Source of the DNA: Candidatus Dojkabacteria bacterium
GTDB taxonomy: Bacteria > Patescibacteriota > Dojkabacteria > SC72
Assembly: GCA_040767225.1 (NCBI GenBank)
Contig: JAXGOY010000003.1
Coordinates: forward strand, 2,031-66,030
Reading direction: 5' to 3'
DNA: 64,000 nucleotides
The position numbers and the translations under genes were made by a program. How positions within the stretch are numbered: position 1 is the first letter of the stretch; each line of letters begins with the position of its first letter. The notes under the pieces are model-generated. The model searched no databases, was not told the origin of the DNA, and was given only the letters and a program-made list of their open reading frames with translations. Below are positions 1-9,726 of this stretch, in pieces.

Positions 1-299
1 ATTGAGGCTGCTAACCCTACAGCAATTGTTGATACATCACATTTTATATAGTTCATAGTATCTAGTATTGCCATACCTGCATTTATTTCTCCCCCAGGAG
101 AGTTTATAAACATCTGAATATCTTCATCAGGATTTTCTTTTTCTAAAAACAAAAGCTGAGCTACTATTGTATTAGCTAAATGTGTTTCAATGGGACCTCC
201 TAAAAATACAATTCTATCTTTAAGAAGTCTAGAATATATATCATATGCTCTTTCTCCTTCCCTATCTTTTTCGATTACTGTTGGTATTAAAAATGCCAT
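1..299 (-). CDS. clpP: ATP-dependent Clp protease proteolytic subunit (runs off window edge)
   Basis: Manual translation from ATG at 299: [37 protein letters not shown]...FINSPGGE...GLAAS; lies downstream of tig. Confidence 0.95.
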   Translation of the reverse strand, partial: MAFLIPTVIEKDREGERAYDIYSRLLKDRIVFLGGPIETHLANTIVAQLLFLEKENPDEDIQMFINSPGGEINAGMAILDTMNYIKCDVSTIAVGLAAS

Positions 300-318
300 A
301 TATTTAAATATTTACATT

Positions 319-1362
319 TTAATTATGTTCATCTATATACTCTTTGCCTAATACCTCTTCAATAAAAGAATTAAATGCTTTTTCTTTTCTTCCTACCCTC
401 TTCATATTTTCTCTCCACTCTAAATTACTAAATATATCTTTATCTACATCAGCTCTTTGCTTTTTAATTTCTTCTATTCTTGCATCAAGCTCCTCGTCTG
501 TCATTTGTATATTTCTTGAATCAGCATAAAGGGTTAGAAAGACATCTGCCTCTATTGCTTCTTTTGCATCAAGCTTCCACAACTCTCTCATCTTTTCTAT
601 TGTAATATTATTAGCTTTAAGAAAATCATCAATATTAATCCCTCTGCTCTTCATATCTTCAACAAAAGCTTTTTCTCTTTCCTGTGCCTCATAATCAATT
701 GCCTGTTGAGGTATTTCAATATTACACTCTTTTATTGCCAGTTTTAGTGCACTGTCCTGCATTTGATGAATTTGATAATGTTCTTTTTCTTTTAAAAGTG
801 CATCTTTAATTTTTTCTTTTAAAGCATCTAAAGTTTTAATCTCTTTCTCTCCTATTATTTCTCCTATTTCTTTTGCCCATTCATCATTTATTTCTTTTGT
901 TTTTGTTTTTTGTGATTTCTTAAGTTCATTTAAAGCACTATCTATTTCACTTTGTTCAACTGTAAGCTTTTCTTTTGGAACTTTTACCTTTTTCATATCA
1001 CCAAGTTTAAAAGTAGGCATTGTTGTAACAGTTATTGTAAAAGGAATATCTAAGTTTTCCATGAACTTAGGAAGCTCTTTGAATTCAGGTGGTGCAATTG
1101 GATCTATGTTTTCCTTTGTGAGCACATTGTTAATGTATAATGGGGCTAATCTTTGGAAAGTTTCTAATCTTAAAACATCTTTTGCCTCATTACTTATAAA
1201 ATCTGCAGGTACTTTTCCTTTCCTGAAACCTTTAACATCTAAATCTTTAGAGTAGTCTTGGAGCATTAAATCATATGAATGCTTAAAACTGTCCGCAGGA
1301 ATTGTAATATTCAATTCATGAGTATATTCATTAATATCTTTTCTTGTGTATTTAGTATCCAT
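319..1362 (-). CDS. tig: Trigger factor, short form lacking FKBP/PPIase domain
   Basis: GFRKGKVP ribosome-binding signature, C-terminal SurA-like helical region, tig-clpP synteny. Confidence 0.9.
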   Translation of the reverse strand: MDTKYTRKDINEYTHELNITIPADSFKHSYDLMLQDYSKDLDVKGFRKGKVPADFISNEAKDVLRLETFQRLAPLYINNVLTKENIDPIAPPEFKELPKFMENLDIPFTITVTTMPTFKLGDMKKVKVPKEKLTVEQSEIDSALNELKKSQKTKTKEINDEWAKEIGEIIGEKEIKTLDALKEKIKDALLKEKEHYQIHQMQDSALKLAIKECNIEIPQQAIDYEAQEREKAFVEDMKSRGINIDDFLKANNITIEKMRELWKLDAKEAIEADVFLTLYADSRNIQMTDEELDARIEEIKKQRADVDKDIFSNLEWRENMKRVGRKEKAFNSFIEEVLGKEYIDEHN

Positions 1363-1398
1363 TAATATATTTATTGAAATTAAGAAATGTATTGTATT

Positions 1399-2091
1399 CT
1401 ATGTGTTTTTATACAATTTGTCCAGTTTTCCGACTATAACTAGTCTTTGCTTTGAAGTCCATAGGGGAGAACAAGTGATTAATGTAATTCTGTAATCAGA
1501 GTAATCTTGAAGAACAGAGATATCATTTTTCTCAACTACCTTTGTTTCTGTAACTATGTATGTGAATTGATTGTCATTTTGAACAACCTCAATCTTATCC
1601 CCTACTTTTACCTTATCTAAGTTAAAAAAGGTGTCTTTGTTGGGAGGAAGCTTTGCATACCTGTGTCCAATTACTACCATGTTGCCCTTTTGTCCAGGGA
1701 GATTTGAGGAAGGAAAATGCCAGAAGCCTTTGTTCATTGTATGAGAGTCTGTACCTTCATATACAAGACCTTCTGCATCAATGGAGTTAATAATTATTTT
1801 AGTATTTAATTCTTCTAATATCTTTTTATCAAGGACTGTTTGGGGATTAAGACTCTCTTCTATGCTTTGTCCTCCAGAACTTTGTATTGCAACACCTAAG
1901 ACTTCATCTTTTGTAGGTACAAGTTCTGTGATAATTTGGAAGGTTATCTCCTCTGCACTCCTCTGTATATTAAATCTTTTTATAGGCCCAATTAATTTGT
2001 TGTAATTTGGATAAATTAGAAAGTACCCAAGAGGGGTTAGTATCGTTAATATTAGTATTATTGTAATTGCTGTTTTGGCACTTTTCTTCAT
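1399..2091 (-). CDS. Sortase
   Basis: N-terminal TM anchor; catalytic motifs VIGHR, ITLITC and RLVI. Confidence 0.92.
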   Translation of the reverse strand: MKKSAKTAITIILILTILTPLGYFLIYPNYNKLIGPIKRFNIQRSAEEITFQIITELVPTKDEVLGVAIQSSGGQSIEESLNPQTVLDKKILEELNTKIIINSIDAEGLVYEGTDSHTMNKGFWHFPSSNLPGQKGNMVVIGHRYAKLPPNKDTFFNLDKVKVGDKIEVVQNDNQFTYIVTETKVVEKNDISVLQDYSDYRITLITCSPLWTSKQRLVIVGKLDKLYKNT

Positions 2092-2186
2092 GCTTTTATT
2101 TTATCATTTAATTGAGTATCTTGCACTATTTTTAATTTTGTTTTATGCTATATGCATAGACTATATAAATTTTAATATAGGTTGGT

Positions 2187-3110
2187 GTGGCAAAGAAAAA
2201 AAATATTAAAAAATCTGCCTCAAAAGTATCTAAAAAAGAAGAAAGTATGAAGAATAAGGTTGAGATAAAGCAGCCTTCTTCTGCTAAACAGGAAAAACTT
2301 TCTAGGTTAGTTGGCTCTATCTTTATTGGTTTAGGTGTTCTTCTTGTAGCTTTTGGAATTTTTTCATATATAAAATATAGGGAGGAACCATTACTTGATC
2401 CTGAGTTTGAATCCCCGCTATTAGAGAATGTAACATCAGTAACTAATGGGGATGTAATAAAAATACAAGGAAGTGCTAAGGGATATGACAATGTCTTTAT
2501 ATATCTCAATGATGAGAAGATTGCAGAAGCAAAGGTAGATGATGATTCCAAGTTTAGCTATGAGTATACTGTTGAAAAAGAGGGAGAGTATAAAATTGCT
2601 GTTGCTGGTGTAAAGGGTTTTCCAAGCAGAAAGATATCTCCAAAATCTGAAATTGCAACTTCAATTGTTGATAGAACAGCACCAAGCAAAGAAGGTGTTA
2701 CCCTTAAATATGGTACAGAAACAAACAAAAACACATTCATACTTGTTGGTACTGTAGAACCTAATGCAACAGTAGAGGTAAAAAGAGGAACTGATAGTTT
2801 TAGTGCATTAGCTGATAAAGATGGAAACTTTAGGATTGAGGGTATAAAACTTGAAGAAGGGAAGAATGTGTATTCTGTATACATAAAAGATTTAGCAGGA
2901 AATGAAGTACAGCTTGATGAGAAAGTAAGAGTAAACTACTCTCCTCTTGGCAGTGTTAATGGAGATGCAGTTGTTGATCAGAATATTCCACAGGCAGCAG
3001 GGACATTTGATGAGTTAATAGGGAATAATTTAATGATGATATTTGGTTTACTTGCCTTACTTGCATTTGTAATAAGTTCTTCTGTTGTATATTTGAAGAA
3101 TAAAAGATAA
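2187..3110 (+). CDS. Ig-like-domain surface protein with N-terminal TM and C-terminal sorting-signal-like tail
   Basis: Basic N-terminus plus TM; Big-like motifs (DRTAP, GTVEPNATV, DLAGN); ends IPQAAG, hydrophobic stretch, KNKR. Confidence 0.75.
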   Translation: MAKKKNIKKSASKVSKKEESMKNKVEIKQPSSAKQEKLSRLVGSIFIGLGVLLVAFGIFSYIKYREEPLLDPEFESPLLENVTSVTNGDVIKIQGSAKGYDNVFIYLNDEKIAEAKVDDDSKFSYEYTVEKEGEYKIAVAGVKGFPSRKISPKSEIATSIVDRTAPSKEGVTLKYGTETNKNTFILVGTVEPNATVEVKRGTDSFSALADKDGNFRIEGIKLEEGKNVYSVYIKDLAGNEVQLDEKVRVNYSPLGSVNGDAVVDQNIPQAAGTFDELIGNNLMMIFGLLALLAFVISSSVVYLKNKR

Positions 3111-3130
3111 GGGTTGTTACATTGAAATGA

Positions 3131-3159
3131 GAAGAGAGGTGTAAAAGCCTCTCTTTTTT
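3131..3159 (+). terminator. Intrinsic terminator
   Basis: AAGAGAGGT-gtaaaa-GCCTCTCTT hairpin followed by T-run, just after the stop at 3110. Confidence 0.75.
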
Positions 3160-3160
3160 G

Positions 3161-3166
3161 TATAAT
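3161..3166 (+). promoter_or_regulatory. -10 box, probable leaderless promoter
   Basis: TATAAT 7 nt upstream of ATG 3174, no clear SD. Confidence 0.6.
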
Positions 3167-3173
3167 AGAGAGT

Positions 3174-4250
3174 ATGAAAAGAATAATTTTGTTAATTTTA
3201 TTATTTATTACCTTCTTTTTGGTCTCTCCTGTTTATGCTCAAAAGGAAGTTTTCTATCATGGGGTAATAAATGGATATAAAGAGATTCCATGCTTTAAGG
3301 CATTAGAAGGTAGTTATAAATGTTTTGAGTATTATGTAGATATAGAGGAGTTAAATGATCAGAAAGTTATTTCTCCGATATTATCAGAGAATGAAGAGTC
3401 AAGATTTAGGAAAGGAGATAAAGTGTTTGTTTCTTTTCTTAGTGATGAGTATGGAAATGAAGAATGGAGTATAACAGGGTATGATAGAAATGGCTCAATA
3501 CTATTAATAGTTTGTTGTTTTTCTGCTCTGGCTTTAATTATAGGTGGGAAGCAGGGCTTTGGATCACTAGTTAGCTTAATTTTTACTGTTTTAATCCTTT
3601 ATCTTTGGGCTATACCTAGGATACTTAATGGTGCTGATGTCATATCTACAGGGATAATTTCTGTAATTGTAATGATTGTTGTAATTATGTATTCTTCTTA
3701 TGGTATTAATATAAAGAGTCATATTGGTGTAATTTCCTGCATAATAGGTGTGTTAATTGTCGGGCTCCTTGCGAAGTTATTTGTTAATCTGACAAATATT
3801 AATGGTTCAGGAAGTGAAGAGGCATTTCTCCTTTTTAGTCAAACTGGCGGAGATATAAGCCTGGCAGATGTCTTTTTTATAAGTATTCTAATTGGTTCAA
3901 TGGGAGTTCTTGATGATGTTGTAATGAGTCAAATATCGGCAGCCTCTGAGTTGTATACAACAGATAAAGGGTTAAGTGGCTTTGAGTTGTATAAAAAGGC
4001 AATGAATATTGGTAAGGACCATTTATCTTCAATGGTAAACACTCTTTTTATTGCTTATGCTGGTTCTAGTCTTGCGACGGTAATGCTTCTTATCTACAAT
4101 AGCAAAGAGATGGGGAATATTTTACAGATGGATTTTATTGCAGAGGAAATTGTCCGAAGTTTAGTGTCAAGTATGGGAATACTTTTAATAGTACCAATTA
4201 CTTCTATAATTGCTGCGAAGGTAATACCTAGCATATTGAATGAGAAATAA
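3174..4250 (+). CDS. YibE/F family membrane protein
   Basis: Multi-TM; motifs IGSMGVLDDV, NIGKDHLSSMVNTLFIAYAG, EEIVRSL. Confidence 0.88.
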   Translation: MKRIILLILLFITFFLVSPVYAQKEVFYHGVINGYKEIPCFKALEGSYKCFEYYVDIEELNDQKVISPILSENEESRFRKGDKVFVSFLSDEYGNEEWSITGYDRNGSILLIVCCFSALALIIGGKQGFGSLVSLIFTVLILYLWAIPRILNGADVISTGIISVIVMIVVIMYSSYGINIKSHIGVISCIIGVLIVGLLAKLFVNLTNINGSGSEEAFLLFSQTGGDISLADVFFISILIGSMGVLDDVVMSQISAASELYTTDKGLSGFELYKKAMNIGKDHLSSMVNTLFIAYAGSSLATVMLLIYNSKEMGNILQMDFIAEEIVRSLVSSMGILLIVPITSIIAAKVIPSILNEK

Positions 4251-4295
4251 TGTATACTTTAATTGTTAGCCTGAGTAATATATTAATAATAAATT

Positions 4296-5444
4296 ATGAA
4301 AGTATTAAATATAAATAAACCAGAAGAAAAGAGAGACTATATTAAAGAGTTAAGTGAACTTCAAAAGGCCAAAAGTCAAAAACAAACACAGCAGCCTGTT
4401 TTTACTATTGAGTTTTCATGGAAGTTTTTGGCATTAGTATTTTTTGTTATTGCATTAGTATTATGGGGAGAACAACTTTTAGGTATTGCAGTATTTCTTT
4501 TTTTAAGCTTTGTAATTATGTCTGCTGCTCTTCCAATTATAAACTGGTTTAAAAAAGAGGGAATATCAAAAGGATGGGCAATAGCAGTTACATATTTCTT
4601 GGGATTAATACTTCTTCTTGCTGTTGTTGCTTTAATAGTTATACCTTTAATTAATCAGATAAGTGGATTAGGAAACAATATTCCTGTTTGGGTTGAAAAT
4701 ATAACAGAGAATTTAAAAACACTAAATATTTTAGGTTTTGCTATTGACGAGAAAGCTATAAAGGATACATTAATTCAATGGTTAGAGAGATTTACATCAG
4801 CTGATAGTTTTCAAAATATTACAAGTGCTATTGGTGGTGCTGCTGAATGGGCCTCTATAGTACTAGCATCTTTTGTTTTTTCTGTTTATTTGATACTAGA
4901 TCATGATAAAGTGTTGGATTTTGTATTAATTAGGATACATTCAGATGAAAAGAGGTCTAGAGTTAAAAAACTTGTTTTGGATTTAGAGTATAAATTGGGA
5001 AAATGGTTAATTGGTCAGGCAACGGTAAGTGCAATTGCTGGGACAACATTAGGTTTAGTACTTGCACTGTTCCGTATACCTTTTGCACTCCCTATGGGTG
5101 TTTTAGTTGCCCTACTCTCTGCAATTCCTTCATTGGGTGCAACTATAGCTTCAATACCGCCTCTTCTTACAGCATTAATCTTAAAAGGGCCTATGACTGC
5201 ATTAATTATTCTTTTGATATTCTTAGTATATCAGCAGGTTGAAAATAATTTGATAATTCCTAAAGTTATGGGAAATGCAGTTGAGGTAAAACCTACCCTT
5301 ATACTTTTAGCTGCAATTACATTCTTAATACTATTTGGAGTATGGGGAGCAGTTCTTTCTGTTCCTGCCATGGTTATACTTAAGATGTGCTATGAGTTCT
5401 ATATAGACTTGCAAAAAATTGATGCTAAGGGTAGCATTGATTAA
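4296..5444 (+). CDS. AI-2E family transporter
   Basis: Multi-TM; YQQVENNLIIPKVMG and GVWGAVLSVP motifs. Confidence 0.88.
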   Translation: MKVLNINKPEEKRDYIKELSELQKAKSQKQTQQPVFTIEFSWKFLALVFFVIALVLWGEQLLGIAVFLFLSFVIMSAALPIINWFKKEGISKGWAIAVTYFLGLILLLAVVALIVIPLINQISGLGNNIPVWVENITENLKTLNILGFAIDEKAIKDTLIQWLERFTSADSFQNITSAIGGAAEWASIVLASFVFSVYLILDHDKVLDFVLIRIHSDEKRSRVKKLVLDLEYKLGKWLIGQATVSAIAGTTLGLVLALFRIPFALPMGVLVALLSAIPSLGATIASIPPLLTALILKGPMTALIILLIFLVYQQVENNLIIPKVMGNAVEVKPTLILLAAITFLILFGVWGAVLSVPAMVILKMCYEFYIDLQKIDAKGSID

Positions 5445-5468
5445 TATAAATATTTAACTGCCTAAAGA

Positions 5469-8063
5469 ATGTCTGATACACCAATTAAAGTTAAAAGAGC
5501 TGTATATTTCTGGGAGGATTATGCATTTACCAAATTGCAGGAATCATCTGTAGGGAGAAAAGGATTATCACTTTTTGAACTTAAGGATATGGATATTCCA
5601 ATACCTGATTTTTTTGTTGTATCTCCCGTTGTATTTGATAAAGTTGTATCTCAAGCAATAGTTAGAGATGTACAAACCTTGTTTGAGAAAGGAAAAAATC
5701 CTGAAGAGTCAGAAGTACTTAACTCTATTCTTAAAACTGAGATTGATGAAGAATATATAGAGGAGATACTTTCTGCATATGCAAGAATATCTGGATTTAC
5801 TGATGCATGGGTTTCAGTAAGGTCTTCCGTTGTATATCCCGCTAACCCTCAAGTATCTTTTTCTGGGGTATTTTCAACAGAGTTAAATGTAAGAGGTACA
5901 AGGAATTTGATTGATTCCATAAAGAGAGTATATGCATCTTTGTTTACTGATGATGTTGTAGCATATGCTGCCTCTAAAGGTATTAATTTGGCTGATGTTA
6001 AACTTGCAGTAGTTGTCCAAAAAATGGTTCAGGCAGAGGTGAGTGGTGTTGCATTTACAATAGATCCAATAACACAGGATCCAACGAAGTTAAGCATTGA
6101 AGCAGTATTTGGTTTAGGTGATACAATTGCGCTGGGTGAGCTTACTCCTGATATATATTTGCTCAATAAAAAGGATTTAAACATTTTAGAAAAGAGAATA
6201 TCTCCTCAAGAGTGGATGAAGATAAGGAGTGTAAATAGAAGTTCAAATAAAACAGAGGGAACACAGAAGGTTACAATATCGAATGCATGGAGTCATAGGC
6301 AGAAAGTAGACGATAGGTATTTAAAGGAAATCGCTAAAATAGCATTAATAGTTGAAAATAAATTAAGAAGGGCACAGAGTATAGAATGGGTAATGTCAGG
6401 AGGAAAGATTTGGGTTTTGCAGAGTAAAGATTTGTATGAAAGATATTCTCCACAAGAGGTTGCAATTGAAAGCGCAAAGAGTTTCGATACATTAGGAGAG
6501 GTCTTAAAATGGATATTTGAGAAATATCAAGGAATAGGAATGTTAGAAGATAAGGCGCTTTCTAATGCTCAAAAGATGGTTCAGAGTAGTAAACATGAAT
6601 ATAATCCATTAACAGAGAAGTTAATTTCTGCTGCAAAGGGTGTAGTTAGGAAAGAGGAGAAAGAACAAGGAAGGCAGACTAGTGATGTGGGTGATTTAAT
6701 AATTAAAGGAGTCGGTGCAAGTTTTGGGATTGTAAGTGGTAATGTAAAGATAATTGAGAAGAACTCAAAAGTAGAGGTTAACAAGAAGGATATACTTGTA
6801 ACAAAGGAATATTCTTCTGATATGGAACCTTTAATTATTAATAGTGGTGGTGTTATTCTAGAGACTGGTGGGATTACAAGTGATGTAGCAATACTGTGCC
6901 GTGAGTTTGATATTCCAGCTGTTGTGGGTGCAACAGGGGTGAGCTCATTGCTTAAAGATGGTCAATTAATCAGACTTGATGGATATACAGGGAGTATATA
7001 CAGAGAAAAAACTGATGAAAAAGTAGTATCCCCTACTCATCCTGTTGTGCAGGCATATGTTCAGGAAGCACTTTCAGGTGTTAACCTACTAGAGAAGGAA
7101 GAGAAGAAAGAAGAAATTGTTCAGCCAATACAAGAAGAGAAGAGTGAAGAGAAAAAAGAGTATAAAATTCCTCATGATATGAACCTAGCTCCATGTGCTA
7201 CAAAAGTATTTATTAGGCCTACTGATACACCTGAGAACTTGGTTGATTATGTTGGGAATTCTCATGGTATTGTTTACATTGATATGGATAGGATTATGAT
7301 AGAAGATGGAAGGCATTTACTTGCATATGTAGAGGATAAAAAGTTTGTTGAGTATGCAAAAAGAATTTCAGAGAAAATATGTGAATATGTTGATTTAGCA
7401 GAGGGCAACCAAGTTGTCTTAGCTATAGGGGCTGCTGCTGTTTCTGAGTTTAGGGGGCTTGTTAAAGGAAAACAGTTTGAGAATAGTGAAGTTGGAGACT
7501 TGGTACATGGTCTTCCTCATTATCTTTCTAACAAGGAGCTTTTAAATAGAGTTATTAGAATTGTAAGAAGAGTAAGAAATGTGTATAAATGCAGGAATGT
7601 AGATTTTGCTGTTTACTCTCCAACTGATGTTAAATCAATGACTGAGTTTAAGAAACTTCTTCTTTCTGGTGGCTTAAGGAGAGGAGTATCTTTCAGAGTT
7701 TATGCAATACTTGATAATCCTAGTGATGTAATTTTAGCTGATGATATTTTAGCAACTAAAATTGATGGTTTAATAGTGGATATGCCTAGAATTGCTAAGA
7801 TAATGCAGGGTGCGGATATCTATGATATAGAGGCTAAATATGACTTAGGTGCCAATAGTTCACTAAAGGTAGTTGATGCAATATGTGATATATCTAAAGT
7901 ACCTTCTAAAGAGTTGATTGTAATAGCAGATGATAGTAAAGAGCTTGTTAGGTATAGTGTACAAAGAGGTGTATATGGGGTATCTGTCCTCCCCCACTCT
8001 GTTAAAGATATGAGGAAACTTGTTTCAGAAGAAGAGGCAAAGATAATACTAAGTAAAAAGTAA
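5469..8063 (+). CDS. PEP synthase (PpsA)-like protein with degenerate catalytic motifs
   Basis: ATP-grasp (VRSS, AVVVQKMV, SGVAFT, FGLG), swivel domain GGITSDVAILCREFDIPAVVG, diverged C-terminal barrel. Confidence 0.85.
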   Translation: MSDTPIKVKRAVYFWEDYAFTKLQESSVGRKGLSLFELKDMDIPIPDFFVVSPVVFDKVVSQAIVRDVQTLFEKGKNPEESEVLNSILKTEIDEEYIEEILSAYARISGFTDAWVSVRSSVVYPANPQVSFSGVFSTELNVRGTRNLIDSIKRVYASLFTDDVVAYAASKGINLADVKLAVVVQKMVQAEVSGVAFTIDPITQDPTKLSIEAVFGLGDTIALGELTPDIYLLNKKDLNILEKRISPQEWMKIRSVNRSSNKTEGTQKVTISNAWSHRQKVDDRYLKEIAKIALIVENKLRRAQSIEWVMSGGKIWVLQSKDLYERYSPQEVAIESAKSFDTLGEVLKWIFEKYQGIGMLEDKALSNAQKMVQSSKHEYNPLTEKLISAAKGVVRKEEKEQGRQTSDVGDLIIKGVGASFGIVSGNVKIIEKNSKVEVNKKDILVTKEYSSDMEPLIINSGGVILETGGITSDVAILCREFDIPAVVGATGVSSLLKDGQLIRLDGYTGSIYREKTDEKVVSPTHPVVQAYVQEALSGVNLLEKEEKKEEIVQPIQEEKSEEKKEYKIPHDMNLAPCATKVFIRPTDTPENLVDYVGNSHGIVYIDMDRIMIEDGRHLLAYVEDKKFVEYAKRISEKICEYVDLAEGNQVVLAIGAAAVSEFRGLVKGKQFENSEVGDLVHGLPHYLSNKELLNRVIRIVRRVRNVYKCRNVDFAVYSPTDVKSMTEFKKLLLSGGLRRGVSFRVYAILDNPSDVILADDILATKIDGLIVDMPRIAKIMQGADIYDIEAKYDLGANSSLKVVDAICDISKVPSKELIVIADDSKELVRYSVQRGVYGVSVLPHSVKDMRKLVSEEEAKIILSKK

Positions 8064-8108
8064 GAGTCTTTAATATTTTCCTGCTGTTTTTGGTATAATC
8101 CATGGATT

Positions 8109-9707
8109 ATGAATCTGAATTTGGATAACATCCATAAGGTAGTCTGCCTTGGTATAGGCGGTGGAGATCTTTCCTACATTTCTAAATTTCTTTTCTACTT
8201 AGATATAGAGGTTGAAGGATTTGATATTGCTGTTAATGAAAGGATAAAAGAGTTAGAAAGACTTGGAGTAAATATACATCACAGGAATCCTGAAGGAAAA
8301 CTTCCTCAAACCGATTTAGTTATATATTCCGATGCACTTCCAGATAACCTTTTGCAGGAACTTAAGAGAGAAAATGAAGGTGTGAGATTTATAGAAGTTG
8401 GTAGAATTAAGAGGTTTTTGGCTGATGCATATGAAAGTAACACTTTAACAAAAAAACAGTTACAAGCTATTAAAAAAGCAGATATATTTCCTTTGTACTC
8501 ATTTAAACCAAGAGGTATGAAACTGATTGGTGTTACAGGTACTGATGGTAAAACAACGGTTGTTTCAATGCTTCATCATATGTTGCTTAAAAGTGGGTTT
8601 AGACCTGCAATGATTAGTACAGTAGGAAGTAAAATTGTTAGAAAGCATACAAGTACTGGTTTACATGTTACTACTCCATCATCTCATGAAATATATGAAA
8701 GTTTATTGTTAATGCAAAAAAGAAGATGTACACATGTCATTATTGAATGTACCTCTCAAGGGCTATATATGGGAAGAGTCGCAGGGCTGAAATTTGATGT
8801 AGCAGTATATACAAATATTACAAGGGATCATCTGAAATATCATAAAACATGGAATAACTATGCCTTAGCAAAATCTCTTTTAATTACACAAAATCTTAAA
8901 AAAGGAGGATATGTAGTTTTAAATAAAGATGATGCAAAAAGTTTTAACTTCTTAACTGAGTTCACATCAAAATATATTTCATATACTACCTCTAAACATA
9001 ACACAGATACAAATGCTGTTAAAGCTTACAATATAAAGGAGAGTCCAGAGGGTATTTCATTTATGATAGATGGTAAAAAGTATGTAATTCCTGTAATTGG
9101 AAAATACAATGTAAGTAATGCTTTAGCAGCAATTTCAACATTAAAAGTTTTAGGAGTGGATGATAAAAATATGAATACACTTTTAAAAGATTTTTCTTCT
9201 GTGCAGGGGAGAATGAATGTTTTACAAAAAGAGCCCTTTATGATAATAGTTGATTTCGCACATACTCCTAATGCACTAAAGAGTGCTTTAGAGAGTGCAA
9301 GTAAGCTTAAGAAAAAGAACTCTAAAATTATACTTGTATTTGGTTGTGCATCCAAAAGAGATGATTACAAAAGACCAATTATGGGGGAATATGCAAAGAA
9401 ATATGCAGATATTACAATTTTGACTGCTGAAGATTGTAGAATGGAGAGTTTAAAAAAGATAAATGATGAAATTGAGAAAGGATGGAAAGAGTATCAAACA
9501 AATGAAAAAAGACAATTAATTAGATTTGATGATGATACACATAATATTAAGGTACGCAGAGATGCTATCAAGAAAGCCATATCCTTAGCTAGCAGTGGAG
9601 ATATTGTTTTAATAACTGGAAAGGGGCACGAAAGAAGTTTATGTTTTGGTTTGAAAGAGTATGAATGGAGTGATATTGCTGAGATAAAAAAACTGATAAG
9701 GAGATAA
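8109..9707 (+). CDS. murE: Mur ligase: MurE-like central and C-terminal domains with MurC-like N-terminal domain
   Basis: GVTGTDGKTT, HVTTP, TNITRDHL, DFAHTP, VFGC, GKGHE (MurE); N-terminal LGIGGGDLS (MurC-type). Confidence 0.8.
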   Translation: MNLNLDNIHKVVCLGIGGGDLSYISKFLFYLDIEVEGFDIAVNERIKELERLGVNIHHRNPEGKLPQTDLVIYSDALPDNLLQELKRENEGVRFIEVGRIKRFLADAYESNTLTKKQLQAIKKADIFPLYSFKPRGMKLIGVTGTDGKTTVVSMLHHMLLKSGFRPAMISTVGSKIVRKHTSTGLHVTTPSSHEIYESLLLMQKRRCTHVIIECTSQGLYMGRVAGLKFDVAVYTNITRDHLKYHKTWNNYALAKSLLITQNLKKGGYVVLNKDDAKSFNFLTEFTSKYISYTTSKHNTDTNAVKAYNIKESPEGISFMIDGKKYVIPVIGKYNVSNALAAISTLKVLGVDDKNMNTLLKDFSSVQGRMNVLQKEPFMIIVDFAHTPNALKSALESASKLKKKNSKIILVFGCASKRDDYKRPIMGEYAKKYADITILTAEDCRMESLKKINDEIEKGWKEYQTNEKRQLIRFDDDTHNIKVRRDAIKKAISLASSGDIVLITGKGHERSLCFGLKEYEWSDIAEIKKLIRR

Positions 9708-9726
9708 TTCTATTGTATAATAACAT

